DNA of 64,000 nucleotides from Candidatus Saccharimonadales bacterium (GTDB lineage Bacteria; Patescibacteriota; Saccharimonadia; QS-5-54-17): NCBI GenBank assembly GCA_040876925.1, contig JBBDOS010000003.1, positions 61,207 to 125,206 of the forward strand, read 5' to 3'. Shown piece by piece: positions 59,300 to 64,000 of this stretch (position 1 is its first letter; each line of letters starts with the position of its first letter). The notes under the pieces were generated by a model. It saw only the letters and a program-made list of their open reading frames with translations, ran no database searches and was not told where the DNA came from. The position numbers and the translations under genes were made by a program.

Positions 59300-59955
59300 A
59301 GCAAATCCCCGCTGCTGTTAGAATTGTTTTGGTTTTGGCTTTGATCCTGGTTTTGGTCTTCATCATCGCTACTTTGTTGATTGTTATCCTGACCAGTAGC
59401 TGATGTTTGAATCATAACTATCAAATCCACAATTGACGACCTATAATCTCTGAGTAGGCTCAAGAGTTCAAACCTAGCATCTCTAAACTCGTTTATTTTG
59501 ACCCTAAAATCCCCTACTTCACAACTAAACTCTTCAGACATAACCTCCATGCTATCTAGCCTCCTGTAGGCTTCGTTGCGTTTACTAGCTACTTCAACGA
59601 CTTGTTCGTTGTACTCATCTGCTTCTAGTTCGAGTCTGAAATAGAGCCTATCAACTCGTTCAAATATGGTGTCAAATATCTCTATCTGCCTCTGACTAAC
59701 AGCCACAACCTGAGACGTTAATCTATTGATATTATCTAGCTGGCGTTGACAGACAGTTGCGGATACGCCATCTGATCTTGCCTGTTGAGTTCGGGTTAAT
59801 CCGTCTTGCCTAGAGCTATCACCAAGCGATGGCTGTGACCCTGCGCCAGGTTGATCTGGTGGAGTAGTATCTACTTGAGCTAGAACCACACCATAAGGTG
59901 CTATCAGCAGCATAGCTACTATGAAAATGGATGCTAGTTTGCCTTTATCTTTCAA
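59296..59955 (-). CDS. Hypothetical secreted protein with low-complexity Q/N/D-rich C-terminus
   Basis: 219 aa. Signal peptide. 4-nt overlap with the downstream gene. Confidence 0.45.
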   Translation of the reverse strand: MKDKGKLASIFIVAMLLIAPYGVVLAQVDTTPPDQPGAGSQPSLGDSSRQDGLTRTQQARSDGVSATVCQRQLDNINRLTSQVVAVSQRQIEIFDTIFERVDRLYFRLELEADEYNEQVVEVASKRNEAYRRLDSMEVMSEEFSCEVGDFRVKINEFRDARFELLSLLRDYRSSIVDLIVMIQTSATGQDNNQQSSDDEDQNQDQSQNQNNSNSSGDLL

Positions 59956-60032
59956 TGATTACTCCAGTTATTTAGATATTTACTTGCTTATCTCAAATCT
60001 CATTATAGCAAAACTAATTAATAATTAATGGG

Positions 60033-62567
60033 TTATTTATTAATCAATCTCCTAGCCAAGAACTTATGGGTTTCATTAACTACAGTGATTGAGGTAATAG
60101 CAATTACCCAAACTACGGCTAGTTCATATATATCAACTAGCTTAAAGCCTAGTATGTCTCGCATCGGACCAAAAACTGCTAACCAATAAAGACCTATAGC
60201 CGCAGCTAATCCAACTAGTATGGTTAAGTTCCTAGCTCTAAACCTACTAAACATTGATTGGGTCTCGCTGCGAGCATTAATAGCGTTAGTTAGCTGCATA
60301 ACAACTAGAGCGCTAAATACCATGGTGCGAGCATAGTCAGTGCTGTTTGCATCTAGAAAGTAAGCAAAAGTAGTCATCGAGACTACCGTCATAGTTATAC
60401 CGACTAATATCATTCTAGAAATCATGACTTTACCCAAGATTGGCTGTTTTGGCCGTCTAGGTGGTCTTTTCATGACATCTCTTTCCGCTGGCTCTAGACC
60501 TAGCGGTATAACCATAGCAGTATCGGTACCTAAATTAGTCCAGAGTATCTGGACTGGTAATAGCGGCAGTGGCATACCTAGCAATAGAGACGTGATTATA
60601 GTTAAGACCTCACCAGTATTAGTAGATAGTAGGTAAAAAAGCATTTTACGAATATTGTCGAAAATAATCCGACCCTGCTTAAGAGCCGAGGTGATACTGC
60701 GAAAGTTATCATCAAGAAGCAATATATCCCCTGCTTCTTTAGCCATCTCCGAACCACTACCCATAGCTATACCTACGTGAGCATTAGTTAGAGCTGGCAC
60801 ATCATTAACCCCGTCTCCAGTCATAGCAACAATATCTGTCTGCTTTAGGACTCCCAATATTCTATGTTTGTACTCTGGTAAAACTCTAGCAAAAACTTTA
60901 GTTTGAGCTACAACCCGTTTTAACTCTCTATCTGATATATCCCCCATGGTAGAGCAGTCATAGACTTCATCTCTATTACTTACTAACCCTAGCTTCTTGC
61001 CGATTGCATAAGCTGTCTCATAATGGTCGCCTGTAATCATTCGCACACTGACACCAGCTGAGATAGTAGCTTCTATAGATTCTTTGGCCTCAGGACGCAA
61101 ACCATCAGCTATAGCGATTAGGCCTATTAGCTCAAACTCTAGCCCTTGAGCTTCGCCTAGTTCAAGAATGGGGTGCTGTTGTCGCCGGCTAGCTGCTAGG
61201 GCTATGACTCGATAGCCTAGACCGCTTAAAGAGTGTAGCTTATGTCTGACCTGTTTGTCGTTAAACTTATTTAAATTACAGATATCTAATATCTTCTCCG
61301 GAGCGCCCTTGAGGTAGATATCGTATCCTGAAGCAGACTTCCAGGTATTACCACTCATGGCCAACTTATGATCAAAAGGCATAGTCTTAACTAGCTCCGC
61401 TTTCACGTTGTTATCCGCCTTGTATTCTCTGGCAAAACTCATGAAAGCAGCGTCCAAGGGATCATGCAGTTTATCGTTATCATGGTTCTTATTGATAGAA
61501 AAGTAAGCACTGCGGGCTATCTGCTTGAGATCTGTCGGGCTAAATAGCGACCAGACATCTTGAACCATTAGCTTATTTTGAGTTAGTGTACCCGTCTTAT
61601 CAGTAGCAATAGAGGTAACTATGCCGATGTTCTCAATGGCAGCCATATTGCGCACCAAGGCTTTGTATTTAGCCATACGCCTCATACCCAGCACTAGTAT
61701 TACCGATATGGCTATCGGCAGACCCTCCGGAACTGCCGATACCGATAGAGTGAGTACAAGCCTAAAAGCTTCTGGTGTTTCTAGACCTCGCCACAAGCTA
61801 AGAGCTAATACTAAAGCGGCTAAGAAAGCAGCTACAACTACAATTTGAGATATTAACTTATCTATCTTCTTCTGCACCGGAGATGATAGATCTACTCTTC
61901 TAGCTAGATAAGCCAGCGAGCCAAACTCAGTATTATTACCAGTGGCCACTACAACTGCGCTTAAACTACCCGATACTATATATGAGCCCTGGAATATCAT
62001 ATTTGACTGTTCATATACCTGCTTGGAAGTACTCAGTAAGTAGGCGTTTTTAGCTACCGGCAGCGACTCTCCAGTTAGCATGGCCTCGTCGCTACGGACA
62101 TTATCACCATGCACTATACGAGCATCAGCTGGAACTTTCTGTCCCTCATTTAGCTGAATTAAATCTCCCGGGACCAGCTCCTCTGCATGCAACTCTTTGA
62201 CCTGCCCGCTCCTAAAGACATCAACTAGCTGCTGATCGCGGTTCTTTAAAGACCTAAGCACCCTATCAGCAGAGAACCTCTGGATATAGTAGATAATAGC
62301 TGTAATCATAATGATGACTACGATAATCACGGCATCTAAGTATTCGCTGGTGACTACAGATATACCGGCTGCTATAGCTAGAATCATCATAAATACACTT
62401 AAGAAAGGCTCTATAACCTTACGCCACCAAGGCTCGCTAGTTATCTTGATAACATTCTTGCCATACTTATCTAACCCAGCAGCGGCCTCATCACTAGATA
62501 AACCCTTGCCGCTAGTGTGTAAGTGTTCATATATCTGCTCGATAGTTTCTTGATAAAAATTTTGCAT
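60033..62567 (-). CDS. P-type cation-transporting ATPase (type II, Ca2+/Mg2+-like)
   Basis: 844 aa. DKTGTLT phosphorylation site, TGES, GDGVNDVPAL and 8-10 TM. Confidence 0.88.
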   Translation of the reverse strand: MQNFYQETIEQIYEHLHTSGKGLSSDEAAAGLDKYGKNVIKITSEPWWRKVIEPFLSVFMMILAIAAGISVVTSEYLDAVIIVVIIMITAIIYYIQRFSADRVLRSLKNRDQQLVDVFRSGQVKELHAEELVPGDLIQLNEGQKVPADARIVHGDNVRSDEAMLTGESLPVAKNAYLLSTSKQVYEQSNMIFQGSYIVSGSLSAVVVATGNNTEFGSLAYLARRVDLSSPVQKKIDKLISQIVVVAAFLAALVLALSLWRGLETPEAFRLVLTLSVSAVPEGLPIAISVILVLGMRRMAKYKALVRNMAAIENIGIVTSIATDKTGTLTQNKLMVQDVWSLFSPTDLKQIARSAYFSINKNHDNDKLHDPLDAAFMSFAREYKADNNVKAELVKTMPFDHKLAMSGNTWKSASGYDIYLKGAPEKILDICNLNKFNDKQVRHKLHSLSGLGYRVIALAASRRQQHPILELGEAQGLEFELIGLIAIADGLRPEAKESIEATISAGVSVRMITGDHYETAYAIGKKLGLVSNRDEVYDCSTMGDISDRELKRVVAQTKVFARVLPEYKHRILGVLKQTDIVAMTGDGVNDVPALTNAHVGIAMGSGSEMAKEAGDILLLDDNFRSITSALKQGRIIFDNIRKMLFYLLSTNTGEVLTIITSLLLGMPLPLLPVQILWTNLGTDTAMVIPLGLEPAERDVMKRPPRRPKQPILGKVMISRMILVGITMTVVSMTTFAYFLDANSTDYARTMVFSALVVMQLTNAINARSETQSMFSRFRARNLTILVGLAAAIGLYWLAVFGPMRDILGFKLVDIYELAVVWVIAITSITVVNETHKFLARRLINK

Positions 62568-62764
62568 ATTGTTTGACTTATAAATTGAGAATGAAGCTTA
62601 TTTCATAGTATAGCAAGGAGTAAGCATTAGAGCTAAGAGCTACTATCTATATCTAGTAGCTAACAAGTAGCTTGTACTTGCTCAAAAAAAGCAATAATTG
62701 TATCATATAGATTAAGTAAGCTTAAAGCTATAAAAGTTAAAAATAAAAAGGATAAAACTTAAGT

Positions 62765-63511
62765 ATGGGCAATATATTCAAACATCCCCTAAAACATGTA
62801 ACCAAACACCATCTCTCTACTATGCATCCACTGGCTATAGTTGAAGAGCAGCGCACCCGCGATCAGCAAAAAATGAGCAAAGAAATGCGTGAGAGGATGG
62901 AGAGGATAAATGAAGATTTTTTGCGCGGATTTAAAATAGTTCAAGAGCATAACAATACAGTAGCTGTATTTGGTTCTGCTCGCATGAGTGAAGATGATGA
63001 GTATTACCAAAAAGCTTATGAACTATCCAAACGCATAGCTTCAGAGTTAGGTATCACTATTATAACTGGCGGTGGTTATGGCATTATGAAAGCCGCCAAT
63101 AAAGGTGGCAGTGAAGGTAATGGCAATACTATGGGTATGACTATTGAATTACCTTACGAACATGTCAAAAACCAATACGTTACTCACTCTAGTGCTTTTT
63201 ACTATTTCTTTTCCCGCAAAGTAGCCTTGGCTTTTGCTGCTAGAGCCTACGTCTACTTCCCTGGTGGATTTGGTACTATGGATGAGTTTTTTGAAATGCT
63301 CACTTTAAAACAAACCGGCAAGATAAAACCAATTCCTATCATTATGGTAGGTACTGAATTCTGGCAGCCACTCACAGAGTTTATTAACACCAAGTTACGG
63401 GATGAATATCACACTGTCAGTCCTGAGGATACAGATTTATATACAGTAACTGATGATTTTGATCAAATTATAGATATTATATCTAAAACTGAACCTAGGA
63501 AGCCTGCTTAA
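62765..63511 (+). CDS. LOG-family (TIGR00730) Rossmann-fold nucleotide-binding protein / cytokinin riboside 5'-monophosphate phosphoribohydrolase-like
   Basis: 248 aa. ..VFGSAR.., ..TGGGYGIMKAANKG.., ..PGGFGTMDEFFE... Confidence 0.8.
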   Translation: MGNIFKHPLKHVTKHHLSTMHPLAIVEEQRTRDQQKMSKEMRERMERINEDFLRGFKIVQEHNNTVAVFGSARMSEDDEYYQKAYELSKRIASELGITIITGGGYGIMKAANKGGSEGNGNTMGMTIELPYEHVKNQYVTHSSAFYYFFSRKVALAFAARAYVYFPGGFGTMDEFFEMLTLKQTGKIKPIPIIMVGTEFWQPLTEFINTKLRDEYHTVSPEDTDLYTVTDDFDQIIDIISKTEPRKPA

Positions 63512-63872
63512 GCCCGTCTTCTTCCTGATTGTTCTCAGTTTTGGTTAGTTTTTTTCTTTCTTTGGGAGATAAATCACCCCAAACCCCAAATTCCTCGCCA
63601 CCTTCCATAGCAAGATCTAGACAGTCCTCCCTGACCGGGCACTCTCCACACATCTCCTTGGCATATTTTGTCTCTCCGCCCTTATCAGGAAAGAAAGCTT
63701 CTGGATCGCCATCTCTACATTTTGCTTCCCTATCGACGCGAATGAATTTCTTAAATCTATCGATATCGCCAGTTCCAATCACAGCACCCAAGAATCTGGC
63801 TACCGCCAATTCACTTGGAAATACTTTTACCTCTTCCCCCTGAGACAGCTGTTGATATTTAATATTCTCCAT
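63495..63872 (-). CDS. WhiB-like (Wbl) Fe-S transcriptional regulator
   Basis: 125 aa. Cys pattern C-x20-C-x2-C-x5-C (..AKCRDG.. ..CGECPVREDC..). ..AFFPD.. and ..FGVWGD.. motifs are typical of WhiB. Confidence 0.65.
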   Translation of the reverse strand: MENIKYQQLSQGEEVKVFPSELAVARFLGAVIGTGDIDRFKKFIRVDREAKCRDGDPEAFFPDKGGETKYAKEMCGECPVREDCLDLAMEGGEEFGVWGDLSPKERKKLTKTENNQEEDGLKQAS

Positions 63873-64000
63873 CTTTTCCTTATTCTGTATAAAACCTTAC
63901 CTAGTAACCACTCTCAAGTAGTTAGATTATCAAATATAGCTTACTATTAGCAAAAGCTTATGCTTATATTGAAACAGCCTCTTTATTTTTAGTATTTAAT

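Noticed and set aside
1..64000. CRISPR arrays, IS elements, integrases, prophage genes
   Set aside because: No direct-repeat/spacer periodicity, no transposase/recombinase motifs (DDE, tyrosine recombinase RHRY, serine recombinase) seen in any frame.

Overview
The window is a low-GC (~38-40%) bacterial chromosomal segment that is densely packed and mostly minus-strand. It is probably from a reduced-genome Gram-positive-like or Patescibacteria/Saccharibacteria-type organism. TGA is used as a stop codon. The housekeeping backbone is rpoB (partial), clpP, tig, hisS, tRNA-Leu(UAG), rsmD, recG, tyrS, a class A PBP, radA, clpC, nusA, rnhB, rplS, dnaE, gatCAB, uvrB, a glycolysis/pentose-phosphate operon (gap-rpiB-rpe-split tkt-fba), ppa, a trxB fusion and a P-type ATPase. 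Between these sit several accessory elements: HicAB and DinJ/YafQ-like toxin-antitoxin pairs; perfect CIRCE (HrcA) operators upstream of clpP and clpC; a secreted/surface cluster (CAP-domain protein, two tandem CvpA-fused S1 proteases, a membrane thermonuclease and a 1032-aa Ig-repeat surface protein); a ~50% GC orphan ORF next to a long GC-rich hairpin; an orphan DUF3800-like gene; a ~0.5 kb GC-rich structured ncRNA with its own promoter and terminator; and a WhiB-like regulator. I found no CRISPR array, transposase or integrase. All protein calls rest on reading motifs in the supplied translations from memory; no searches were run.
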